From a virus, in the IMG/VR virus record IMGVR_UViG_3300020392_000004: a stretch of DNA of 64,000 nt; one strand, 5' to 3'. The notes under the pieces are model-generated. The model searched no databases. It was not told the origin of the DNA and saw nothing but the letters and a program-made list of their open reading frames with translations. Of this stretch, positions 37,932 through 46,973 are shown in pieces. A program made the translations under genes and the position numbers. The first letter of the stretch is position 1. Each line of letters starts with the position of its first letter.

Positions 37932-38791
37932 TATGGTTCTCCAAATGGATTGATTTCAGATAGGTCAAGATAACTAGTATCCTTATCTTCAAACTCTTTG
38001 TTTTGTGCAGAAGATAAGTTGTTAAATGTTAATACATCTGTAATAGTTTGTATAGTTCTTGAAGTTCCTGATGTCTCACCAATTATTGTATCACCAACTG
38101 ATAGAGTTCTTGTATTGTCTTTGATTGTAAGAACCCTTGTATCTGACCTCCATAGTAATACTTCACCAACAATACTTTCTGTTCCACTGATAGTAGCTTT
38201 CACATTCTCTCCTACTGTATAGTTTCCTGAACCAGTATTCATGGTCATTTCTATTGTATAAGCTTGGTCTGATTCCACCAAGTCTGCAGCTGTTCCAGTA
38301 TCGAAATCCTCTCCACTGTATTCGAACAATGAACATTTTAATTTGAAAACAAATAATTTTCCTAACTGGAAGAAAGGGTCTTGGTCTTCTACAAATCTAA
38401 TTTCAAACATGGAACCTGACAATGGGAAGTATATTAAATCCCCTTCATTAGGTCTTAAGGAAGTTGCAAGGTTTGAATCAAGTGAAACAAATCTTTCCCA
38501 TGTTCTCAAACTGATTATGAAACTTGCTTCTTCTTGAATTTGAACACCAAACTTTGATACTAAATCTCCTTCACCTTCAAATCCTTCTGTATTTTCTAAA
38601 TACATTTCTACAGAATATGCGTCACCGTATCTAGATTGAACATCTTCTGTAAAAATAGTATCTTCTTCTATAATTTCTCTAGGAAGATACAAAACATCAT
38701 GACCATAGAATCGTAAAGATTCAACAACTAAATCTTCATAAAGGTGTTGTTCTGTGTTAACAGAATGGTTAAAATATACATTTGTAGGCAT
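37931..38791 (-). CDS. gp14: Neck protein gp14
   Basis: EQ.LYEDLV.ES, YLPR, RPNEGDLIYFP, PFFQLG, NPFGE. Confidence 0.95.
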   Translation of the reverse strand: MPTNVYFNHSVNTEQHLYEDLVVESLRFYGHDVLYLPREIIEEDTIFTEDVQSRYGDAYSVEMYLENTEGFEGEGDLVSKFGVQIQEEASFIISLRTWERFVSLDSNLATSLRPNEGDLIYFPLSGSMFEIRFVEDQDPFFQLGKLFVFKLKCSLFEYSGEDFDTGTAADLVESDQAYTIEMTMNTGSGNYTVGENVKATISGTESIVGEVLLWRSDTRVLTIKDNTRTLSVGDTIIGETSGTSRTIQTITDVLTFNNLSSAQNKEFEDKDTSYLDLSEINPFGEP

Positions 38792-38795
38792 TTAT

Positions 38796-39611
38796 CTATC
38801 CCATTAAATCCATAACTGGAAGTTCATAATTCAGTCTAGATTCTTCTTCTAATTTTGTTATTTCCTCTTGTGCTTGTGATTTCATTTCAGCTGCACTCAA
38901 TGTCACTCCGCCTGGCAATGCAATACCGTCAAATTTAGATAAGTTCTCTGCCCATTGATATTTGACTAATGCAGTTGCATATCGTTTCAACCACATATCA
39001 TTAAAGATATCTGTGAAGTCTGTTGGGTCAATTTTTCTATGACATTCTATGACTATAAATTCACCAGCCGAGAAACTTTCAATATCTGCATCTAGATATA
39101 ACCTATTCATATTTTGTTTATATCTAATAGGAGTTTGACCTGTCAATATCATATCCATCATAGAAATGTGTTGTTGAACCATTTCGTAATGTAATATGTT
39201 TGTTGAGGTTAGGTCGTATAAATCATTCAACCTTAATTGATATCGAAGGTCGAACATGTTTAAATTACTTTTATCGTTGAACGGAAATATTCTATTTACG
39301 GCTAATACAAATTCAGGTAATACAATATAATTTTTTTGTTGTTTGACTATTTGATTATCATAATCATGTGTTCCTGCTGAACTCTCTACAAACTGTTCGT
39401 CTGTTCTCATAGTTGCAAGATTATCTGATGTTAGTTGGTGTTTAAGATAAACACGCATAGAACCGTCATAATGATACTCTTGGAAGTATTGTATTGCTTC
39501 GTCCATTCTATCGTCAAATTGGTCATCGTCAACATTGATTTCTAGAACAGGGGCTCCAAGTTTTCTCTTTATGTATTCTTTAAGTGTTGATTTAGAGTTT
39601 GGTTTTGCCAT
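38796..39611 (-). CDS. gp13: Neck protein gp13
   Basis: RKLGAPVLEINVDDDQ, WLKRYATALVK.QW..NL.KF.G..LPGGV. Confidence 0.95.
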   Translation of the reverse strand: MAKPNSKSTLKEYIKRKLGAPVLEINVDDDQFDDRMDEAIQYFQEYHYDGSMRVYLKHQLTSDNLATMRTDEQFVESSAGTHDYDNQIVKQQKNYIVLPEFVLAVNRIFPFNDKSNLNMFDLRYQLRLNDLYDLTSTNILHYEMVQQHISMMDMILTGQTPIRYKQNMNRLYLDADIESFSAGEFIVIECHRKIDPTDFTDIFNDMWLKRYATALVKYQWAENLSKFDGIALPGGVTLSAAEMKSQAQEEITKLEEESRLNYELPVMDLMG

Positions 39612-39636
39612 AATAGTATAATCCTGTTTATACTAC

Positions 39637-39644
39637 TATTTATA
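39637..39644 (-). promoter_or_regulatory. Late promoter TATAAATA
   Basis: Exact consensus upstream of gp13. Confidence 0.8.
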
Positions 39645-39650
39645 CTAATA

Positions 39651-39911
39651 CTACTCTTGGAAATAAGTTTTAGATTGTAAACGGTCTAACTTCTCGTCAA
39701 TTTTGTTTATTGACGCCATTAGTTTGTCAAAATCTGCTTCGATTTGTTCTCTAGTGACATAGTCTTTTGCTATCTCTTCCCTTGTTTTATTAACAAGTAT
39801 ATCGAGTCTTTTCTGTTCTGAAAGGACATTACGGATAAGAAAACCCAATGGCAAAATGATAATTGTCATTATGAGATTCCAAAGAATATAAGGTGATACA
39901 GTGATTTCCAT
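39651..39911 (-). CDS. Small membrane protein (TM plus coiled coil)
   Basis: N-terminal TM, YVTRE motif, C-terminal heptads; holin-like architecture. Confidence 0.6.
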   Translation of the reverse strand: MEITVSPYILWNLIMTIIILPLGFLIRNVLSEQKRLDILVNKTREEIAKDYVTREQIEADFDKLMASINKIDEKLDRLQSKTYFQE

Positions 39912-39928
39912 ACACTTATTTATGAAAA

Positions 39929-40618
39929 TTACTTTGTTAAATTGAATGTTTCGTCTAAATCAAACAAGTTCCAATCTTCATCTATTTGACCTACTTGGTG
40001 ATTTCTCTGATTACCTATGTGATTAGTATTAACATTAAATGAAATAGAGTATCTATCTTTATCAGTTCTATTAGGTTCAACCATATGCATCATGGCACTT
40101 GGAAACATAATTAAACTTCCTGTGACAGGTTTTACTGCATAACTTTCTATACACCTTGCATTTGGTGGGTAATCTGATACAACCTTTGGGTCTGTATTGA
40201 TAGCTAAAAATTGACCTTCGTCTCCTTCTGAATGTATATAAAAAGCTCCACTATACCAACAACCATTGTGTAAGTGAGGTCTATTCCATGCAAGGTGGTC
40301 GTTTATATTTGCCCATGAATTACCTATATCTATCTGAACTTTTCCTCTATCGATACCATGGAATCCTGCTATCTCATTATTTAATATGTCTTTTAAAACT
40401 CTCATCAACTTAATAAATGTAGGGTGATTTTCACAACCGTCATTTGATTGCCAACCAGTATAGGCATTTGATATCTGTCTTCCAACTGGGTCTTTTTTTC
40501 TCATACCATCTATTGCGTCCTTCAACATTCCACAATATTCACTTGTAATCCTACCACTCTCTACAAGGTTTTCCTCATAACAAATAGTTGGAAATAGTAA
40601 TCTAATCCCTTTCTTCAT
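39929..40618 (-). CDS. Putative 2OG-Fe(II) oxygenase (TIGR02466-like)
   Basis: LFPT, GWQS, WANIN, PHLH, SGAFYI, MFPS.MMH.VEPN, RYSISFN. Confidence 0.85.
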   Translation of the reverse strand: MKKGIRLLFPTICYEENLVESGRITSEYCGMLKDAIDGMRKKDPVGRQISNAYTGWQSNDGCENHPTFIKLMRVLKDILNNEIAGFHGIDRGKVQIDIGNSWANINDHLAWNRPHLHNGCWYSGAFYIHSEGDEGQFLAINTDPKVVSDYPPNARCIESYAVKPVTGSLIMFPSAMMHMVEPNRTDKDRYSISFNVNTNHIGNQRNHQVGQIDEDWNLFDLDETFNLTK

Positions 40619-41546
40619 GTCCGTCCCAGTTTAAGTCTGTCAAACTTCTTTGTTTCTCTTTGAAATCCATTTCTAATTGAACTTCTTCTTTCTTATGCAT
40701 AGGGCATTCGGGTGGAGGATTTTCACCTTCTGCATATAGATTAGCTTTATTAGTTTTAAATCCACCTTTTCTATAACCACCGATATTCAGTCTATCGTCA
40801 ACTGATTTATAAGCACCAGTTTCCATATCTATTAATCCTTGTTTCACTTGCCATTTTTGCATTGATTGTTCTGATATTCCATGGGTATTAAACCAGTCTT
40901 TAGATTCTCCATAAAAATAAGTTGATTTCCATTCGTCTCTTTTATAGGGAACTATTTGTAGTATAGGTGTTCCTTTCGGTATAATAAAAGAATGTTTTAC
41001 TTTAGGATAGAATATAATTTGTGCATTATCCATACCTAAATTAAAAGTATCTGTATCAATTATACCTTGCCATACTGCAAAATATTTATTTTGAAATAAG
41101 AATGGGTCTATGAAAAAAACTGAATAGCCTGGAGGTGTAGTTATGTTCCAAAAGTTTCCCATTTTAAATGCATCTTTTACAGGCCCTTCGTCACCCATAT
41201 ATTCAAATGAATCTTGGAACTGTGCAGCTGGGTGAGTTGGTGACGCTTGCATATTATCACTTCCGTCTAAATGAAATGGGCTAGTGGTCATTCTTTCACT
41301 TTCTTCTGGCCAATCCCAATCAAATCCATTCATAACAGGAATGTCACATGCAGTAATAATATACCAACCAGTTTTTAAATAATCGTCCATGGCTGGACAA
41401 GACCTAACAGTTTGAGCTCCCTCTCCTCTATGGTCAATTCTAATCTTTGCAGTTTTCCACCATTCAGGCATGTATGTTTTTGCAACAACAGGCTTGAATC
41501 TCTGAAAAGCTTCGGGATTATATGTTCTAAATTCAATTGTTGGCAT
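40602..41546 (-). CDS. Conserved marine-phage hypothetical protein (double-stranded beta-helix-like)
   Basis: PEWWK, TVRSCPAMDD, ITTPPGYS, GIIDTD, IPKGTPILQIVPYKR; a family commonly found next to phage oxygenases. Confidence 0.65.
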   Translation of the reverse strand: MPTIEFRTYNPEAFQRFKPVVAKTYMPEWWKTAKIRIDHRGEGAQTVRSCPAMDDYLKTGWYIITACDIPVMNGFDWDWPEESERMTTSPFHLDGSDNMQASPTHPAAQFQDSFEYMGDEGPVKDAFKMGNFWNITTPPGYSVFFIDPFLFQNKYFAVWQGIIDTDTFNLGMDNAQIIFYPKVKHSFIIPKGTPILQIVPYKRDEWKSTYFYGESKDWFNTHGISEQSMQKWQVKQGLIDMETGAYKSVDDRLNIGGYRKGGFKTNKANLYAEGENPPPECPMHKKEEVQLEMDFKEKQRSLTDLNWDGHEERD

Positions 41547-42270
41547 ATCTTTGGTGTTCGTCTAGTAAACGAACTTCGTCTCCTCTTAAAACAATAGACT
41601 TCCTATCTATATATCTTGCGTCTTTAGAGGGTGATTCTGCACCGTGTGGTATTCTTCCGTCAAACATTAAGAGACGATTCGGTTTGAATCCAACTCTTCC
41701 TATTTCATATCTATCCATGAGTTTTCTTGCACCCGTAGGGACATATCTGTCATAAAATCTTAAATCACCACCCCAGTTTTCATTCCAAAAAGTATTAGTG
41801 TAATATAAAAATGATAAATTATAATCGTCTTCCATACTACAATCAGAATGACAACTTCCGTCTAAACCGTGTGTTTGTGAGTTTGTTCCCATGTATTGAA
41901 ATCTTACCCACTCAAAAGCAAAATCAGTTCTAATCTTTCTATCAAACCAATACATTAAATGTGGAGTTCCATATTTGTGTGATTCACATTCTAATTTTAA
42001 GTATCTTCCGTCACCTGCTTCTCTTCCTCTGAAATATGAAGCTCCCCATAATTGGTGATTCGGTAAACCACCTCTACCACCGTCACCTTGAACTTCGTTA
42101 TGTTTTTGCCATGAGGTTCTTTGACTTAAAAAAAGGTCTACTGCTTGATGAAGTGAGGAATCTAGATAATTGTCTATAACATATACCTTATTACCAAGAG
42201 GCAACTCGGTTATATAAAAGGGAGAATCAATATCGATTCTTTCTATAGAGTTATAGGTTTTGCTCGGCAT
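41533..42270 (-). CDS. 2OG-Fe(II) oxygenase (prolyl hydroxylase-like)
   Basis: HSD, FLYY...W.ENWGGDL.F, PNRLLMFDG.IPH, R.SIV. Confidence 0.85.
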   Translation of the reverse strand: MPSKTYNSIERIDIDSPFYITELPLGNKVYVIDNYLDSSLHQAVDLFLSQRTSWQKHNEVQGDGGRGGLPNHQLWGASYFRGREAGDGRYLKLECESHKYGTPHLMYWFDRKIRTDFAFEWVRFQYMGTNSQTHGLDGSCHSDCSMEDDYNLSFLYYTNTFWNENWGGDLRFYDRYVPTGARKLMDRYEIGRVGFKPNRLLMFDGRIPHGAESPSKDARYIDRKSIVLRGDEVRLLDEHQRYANN

Positions 42271-42826
42271 TATATCCTCCGTCCTTCAAAGTTGAAGGTG
42301 TAGGTAAAGCCATTAGATAATCTTCGATAGGTTTTAGTGTATCTTCTCTAGTGACAGATATTTCTCTAAATAAACCGTCAAGAACATTGTTAACTGCATC
42401 TGCATATTCAAGAACCCTTCTTGCGTCTGACCTGTAAGGGTGAGCAGAACCTTCTCTTCCAGCATATACTGATTCAAAAAAATCATCAAAACCATGCTTT
42501 TGTGCATGTATATGTATATTTTCTCTTGCAGTTCTATTGATTTCACCAATATATTGATTGTTCAAATTTACACCGTGAGGTGGTTCGGAATTTGCAATAT
42601 ATTGTTCAATACTATCTCTTTCTGTTTCAGATAAAGGTAATGTTTCTTGTTGTTCTAGGGGTTTATCATCTTCCCATTTCAATACTTTGACTTCTATTTG
42701 GTCATATATTAAAACTTCAAAATCAAAACCTAAATCAGGTTTATCGACATTGTCAAATCTATATTCTAGTCCATTTGGTTTTCTAATTGTTAGATTCCCA
42801 AATTCACAATAAGTTAATGCATTCAT
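42251..42826 (-). CDS. Hypothetical protein, tail-fibre-assembly-like
   Basis: C-terminal AQKHGFDD...Y....HPYRSDA.......D.V...LP resembles phage fibre-assembly proteins; weak. Confidence 0.45.
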   Translation of the reverse strand: MNALTYCEFGNLTIRKPNGLEYRFDNVDKPDLGFDFEVLIYDQIEVKVLKWEDDKPLEQQETLPLSETERDSIEQYIANSEPPHGVNLNNQYIGEINRTARENIHIHAQKHGFDDFFESVYAGREGSAHPYRSDARRVLEYADAVNNVLDGLFREISVTREDTLKPIEDYLMALPTPSTLKDGGYNAEQNL

Positions 42827-42847
42827 AATAATCTCCAGTATATCACA

Positions 42848-44509
42848 CTAGTCTTTGTTTGGTAAGGTGCTTTTTACCTTATAGTATTGCTCCAACATAT
42901 TTATGTCTGAACAATCCATGTCTTTTATCCACGGCCCACCTCTTGTATAATGGACTGCATGGTGTGAATCAAGACACTCTGTTTCAAATCCCTCTGTTGC
43001 AATTTTCCCATGAGGTATTTTACTAATTTTATCTGTCCACTCAAACTGGTGTAAGTATTTACCAGTTGCAGTATTGACAACTTCGGGTGTTAACTTTTTA
43101 CAATCTTCATGTCCGTTATTAAATATCATCATACTAGACCATAATTTTTTAGGATATGATACATTTCTTTCTCCACCCATTTTAACTTCGTCATGGTGTT
43201 CAAAATCATACTGAACACATGCCACCGCATTGTCGGGGTCAAGGAAATAGAAAAATGGTAAAGGTGTTCTTTTCCATATGTAATCATTATCTATGAAGAT
43301 ACTAAATCCTTCATAGTTTTCAAGATATGGAATTAAAAATCTACTGTAAGTAAATTCAGTAGATTGATTTGCATAGTCTCTATTATAATCTTTTAATTTG
43401 CTAATGTCAAGTAATTTAACTTCTATTTTGTAATCATTGAAGTAATCTTCTCCGACTCCTCTACTTTTTGACTTTTCTATGCTATCATGTATTGACTTTT
43501 CACAAACTTCATGTATAATATTATCGTGAGAAGAATCATAACCAATGTATATGTTTAGAGGCTTCTTTTTACATAACAATGAAACCTTTTTATTGAAATC
43601 ATAAACATATTTTCTAAAATCTGTTCCCCCTCCCTGTTGTAAAGGAACACTAAATTCTATTTTTCTTTGGTCTGTATAAATTGCACTTACATTTTTAGAA
43701 TTTTCAGGGACTAGAGATAACCAATATGTTTTTAAATCTTCATATGATAAACTAGGGTGTCTTGGAAAACAATTTGCATAATCTGTGACTAGACAAGTAT
43801 TATCAGGATAATCCATAGATTGAAAAGACCTACTTCTCATTGAGCCTGGGTGTATAGATAAAGAATTTATACCGCCATGATTTCCTGTGTGTTGAGTTAG
43901 TCCTTGGATAGGTTGCCAGAGACCATTATTTTGTATGTCATTTATTAACCAGTGTGCTTTTGCAGCGTGATAAAACACAGATTGTATAGTATTTTCATGT
44001 TCTAATACCATTGATTCGTCCATGGAACCACCCATTAAATCAATATAATCTTGATTACCTTCTTGATAACCATACATTTTTGCAAATCTTTTTCTTTCTT
44101 CGTCTGTAATTTTTAAGGGTGTCGTTATGGTTTTATATTCTCCTTCCACTGTCATAAAATCCATGGAACCACCTTTTATTCCATGTCGAGGTCTACATTT
44201 TTCTGTCCAACCTTCATGTAAGAATTTTAAATATTGATAAGAATTATGGTCTAGTCCACCCCATGACATAATTTCTTTATTGTCCATTAAAGGTTTTATA
44301 TCTTTCCATGTGACTAATCTGATAGGAGGCATACATTCTTCTATGATATATTTCCAAACCTCTTCGGTTTCGTCTGTATCTCTTCTATGCTCTGGTATAG
44401 GGACTTGACCTAATTTCATTTGCCTAGTAGGCATATCTTCATAAGAAGTATAAGGTTTAAAAAACTGTTTTGCTTTTTCTAGGGTGTTGATTTCTTCAAA
44501 AGTATCCAT
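42848..44509 (-). CDS. Two-domain protein with C-terminal GT-A glycosyltransferase
   Basis: IYIGYDS, STEFTYSRFLIPYL, DND (DxD), YPKKLWSSMMIFN, HYTRGGPW; N-terminal ~310 aa unassigned. CTAAATA late-promoter variant at 44520-44526. Confidence 0.8.
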   Translation of the reverse strand: MDTFEEINTLEKAKQFFKPYTSYEDMPTRQMKLGQVPIPEHRRDTDETEEVWKYIIEECMPPIRLVTWKDIKPLMDNKEIMSWGGLDHNSYQYLKFLHEGWTEKCRPRHGIKGGSMDFMTVEGEYKTITTPLKITDEERKRFAKMYGYQEGNQDYIDLMGGSMDESMVLEHENTIQSVFYHAAKAHWLINDIQNNGLWQPIQGLTQHTGNHGGINSLSIHPGSMRSRSFQSMDYPDNTCLVTDYANCFPRHPSLSYEDLKTYWLSLVPENSKNVSAIYTDQRKIEFSVPLQQGGGTDFRKYVYDFNKKVSLLCKKKPLNIYIGYDSSHDNIIHEVCEKSIHDSIEKSKSRGVGEDYFNDYKIEVKLLDISKLKDYNRDYANQSTEFTYSRFLIPYLENYEGFSIFIDNDYIWKRTPLPFFYFLDPDNAVACVQYDFEHHDEVKMGGERNVSYPKKLWSSMMIFNNGHEDCKKLTPEVVNTATGKYLHQFEWTDKISKIPHGKIATEGFETECLDSHHAVHYTRGGPWIKDMDCSDINMLEQYYKVKSTLPNKD

Positions 44510-44536
44510 AATATAAAAGTATTTAGTTAATTAAAA

Positions 44537-45433
44537 TTAACTAGAAATCGGAGTTCCAGGCCACTGTTGTTGTAATACACCGTCCCATCTTGGAACTGGT
44601 GTTCTTCCTTGTCTTGCGTAAGTGGTTGGATTCTGATTTGAATATGTAGTCGGTGTTTGACCCTGTCTAGCATAAGTCGAAGGACTTCTATGATTGTAAG
44701 TAAATGGTGTCTGACCTTGTCTTGCATAAGTTGTTGGGTTCTGATTTGCATAGGTAAAAGGAGTTCGTCCTGTTGCCTGATATGTTGAAGGTGACCTAAA
44801 GTTATATGTAAACGGTGTTTGACCTTGTCTCTCGTATGTTGACGGAGATTGATAATCATAAGTAGACGGTGTTTGACCCTGTCTTTCATAAGTTGAAGGA
44901 GACTGATAATCATATGTGAAAGGTGTTTGACCTGTTCTTTGATATGTTGAAGGTGACCTATAATCGTAAGTAGAAGGTTGCCTTGCGTCTCTTATGTTTG
45001 GTTCTTGTGCTGACCTAATGTTTGGTTCTTGTGCTGACCTAATGTTTGGTTCTTGAGCATTAGCAGGGTATGTAAATGGTTGTTGTCCTGACCTAATATT
45101 AGGCTCCTGTGCTGACACTGGGTTTCTGTAAGTGAAAGGTGACCTATGATGATATGTAAAAGGTTGTCTTGCTGGTGCTTGATATGTAAAGGGTGACCTA
45201 TAATGATATGTAAAAGGTTGTCTTGCTGGTGCCTGATAGGTGAATGGTGACCTATAATGATATGTAAATGGACTTCTAGCAGGTGCTTGATATGTAAACG
45301 GTGACCTATAGTTATAAGTGAATGGTTGTCTTGCACTTGCAATATATGGGTTTTGAGTTCCGTATGGGCTCTGATAACTTGCACCGACTGGTTGTCTTGC
45401 TTGAAATGTAAATGGACTCTGATAAAATGGCAT
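44537..45433 (-). CDS. Gln/Pro/Tyr/Thr-rich repeat protein (mirror partner of 45436-46947)
   Basis: 31 xxP-anchored units of 6-12 aa. Confidence 0.85.
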   Translation of the reverse strand: MPFYQSPFTFQARQPVGASYQSPYGTQNPYIASARQPFTYNYRSPFTYQAPARSPFTYHYRSPFTYQAPARQPFTYHYRSPFTYQAPARQPFTYHHRSPFTYRNPVSAQEPNIRSGQQPFTYPANAQEPNIRSAQEPNIRSAQEPNIRDARQPSTYDYRSPSTYQRTGQTPFTYDYQSPSTYERQGQTPSTYDYQSPSTYERQGQTPFTYNFRSPSTYQATGRTPFTYANQNPTTYARQGQTPFTYNHRSPSTYARQGQTPTTYSNQNPTTYARQGRTPVPRWDGVLQQQWPGTPISS

Positions 45434-46791
45434 AATTATCTCTTCTGCATGTTATGGACTACAAAGTCATTTGCAAAGAAGTTAGCATTATCACTTACAC
45501 GAGTCAAGTGATAGACCTCATGTTCTCCTTCCAGTTTGTTAATATTTGATATTTTTGCAGTTGATTGATTGTTTAAAATCAATGATAATGAATCTACAAG
45601 AATATCCCCCTCTTCAATTAGGCCAGAGATTTCTCCACCCCAAGCTGCACCCATGGCAACTTCTTTTTCCCAATCTTCCATGTTTATGACACACCAACCT
45701 TTATCTTGAATCAACATTGGGTGTCCACCAGTCACACCAGTAATCTTACCGTTGACTTCTATATCATATAATTCACATACTCTAGGTTGCATAATTTCTT
45801 CGACCACTCCAACTTCTAGTGTATCTCCTAGTGTCATGACTGACATACCAATCTCTATAGACTCGATAGGTCTGTATGTATTGTCTCCCATCCATATCAT
45901 AGTTCCCATTGCGAAACAACCGTGTCCAGTAGGTAAGCCTGGTGAACCACCGCCTGGGTAGTAAACTGGTTGTCTTGCTTGACCGATATATGGACTCTGA
46001 TATGAGAACGGAACTGGTTGTCTTGCACTGCCCGGCTGTCGTGCATGATAGGTAAATGGGTTTTGAGCAGACCTAATGTTTGGTTGCTGAATATTCGCAG
46101 GATATGTAATTGGTTGTTGAGCAGACCTAATGTTTGGTTGCTGAATATTCGCAGGATATGTAAATGGATTCTGTCCATTCCTGATATTCGGTTGTTGAAT
46201 ATTTGCTGGATATGTAAATGGATTCTGTCCATTCCTGATATTAGGCTCCTGTGCTGACACTGGGTTTCTGTATGTAAACGGTGACCTATAGTTATATGTA
46301 AATGGACTCCTTGCTGATGCTTGATAAGTGAACGGAGACCTGTAGTTATATGTAAACGGTGACCTATGATTGTATGTAAAAGGTGACCTATGGTCGTATG
46401 TGAACGGATTCTGTCTGTTCCTTATATTCGGTTCCTGTGCATTTGCAATGTAAGGATATGGCTGTTGTGCATTTCTGATATTAGGTTCCTGTGCATTTGC
46501 CTGATAAGGATAAGGAGTTTGTTTATTCCTTATGTTTGGTTCTTGAGCATTTGCAATGTAAGGATATGGTTGTTGTGCGTCCCTAATGTTTGGTTCCTGT
46601 GCATTTGCAATATACGGATAAGGTTGTTGTGCATTTGCAATATAAGGTGACCCACCGTTTGCAATATAAGGATAAGGTTGTTGTGCGTCTCTTATATTTG
46701 GTTCTTGAGCATTTGCAATGTATGGATATGGATTCTGTGCATTTGCAATGTATGGAGAACCACCCTGTGCAATATATGGGTAAGGTTGTTG
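44606..46791 (-). repeat. Two coding arrays of degenerate 24/30-bp units (44606-45421 and 45976-46791)
   Basis: Tandem units such as tgctgacctaatgtttggttctt; includes an identical 35-bp direct repeat at 45096-45130 and 46238-46272. Confidence 0.9.
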
Positions 46792-46947
46792 TGTTGCCTC
46801 TTGACCTGAAGCATTATTCCACCCGCCTGGAGCTTTGATATAAATTTGGTCAACTGCTTTCCAAGTAGACGGGCCTGTCTTGACCCATGCACCTTGAGTT
46901 GCATTCCAACCTGATGGGGTTTTAACTTTCTGTGAACCTGACGCCAT
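45436..46947 (-). CDS. Fibre-associated Gln/Pro/Tyr repeat protein with C-terminal HINT (intein-like) domain
   Basis: Trp-rich N-terminus (WVKTG..TWKAVDQIYIK..GGW), 31 repeat units, then CFAMGTMI...TGGHP...NFFANDFVVHN. Confidence 0.88.
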   Translation of the reverse strand: MASGSQKVKTPSGWNATQGAWVKTGPSTWKAVDQIYIKAPGGWNNASGQEATQQPYPYIAQGGSPYIANAQNPYPYIANAQEPNIRDAQQPYPYIANGGSPYIANAQQPYPYIANAQEPNIRDAQQPYPYIANAQEPNIRNKQTPYPYQANAQEPNIRNAQQPYPYIANAQEPNIRNRQNPFTYDHRSPFTYNHRSPFTYNYRSPFTYQASARSPFTYNYRSPFTYRNPVSAQEPNIRNGQNPFTYPANIQQPNIRNGQNPFTYPANIQQPNIRSAQQPITYPANIQQPNIRSAQNPFTYHARQPGSARQPVPFSYQSPYIGQARQPVYYPGGGSPGLPTGHGCFAMGTMIWMGDNTYRPIESIEIGMSVMTLGDTLEVGVVEEIMQPRVCELYDIEVNGKITGVTGGHPMLIQDKGWCVINMEDWEKEVAMGAAWGGEISGLIEEGDILVDSLSLILNNQSTAKISNINKLEGEHEVYHLTRVSDNANFFANDFVVHNMQKR

Positions 46948-46973
46948 AAATTATCCTGTATATCTCCTATTTA

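Noticed and set aside
45436-45918. Canonical mobile intein
   Set aside because: No homing endonuclease, no C/S/T after HN, and only a 4-aa C-extein.
44606-46791. CRISPR array, or a DNA inverted repeat explaining the mirror symmetry
   Set aside because: Units are in-frame coding repeats with third-position variation and no unique spacers. The reverse complement of the QEPNIR codons reads PNVWFL, not PFTY, so the symmetry is not a DNA palindrome.
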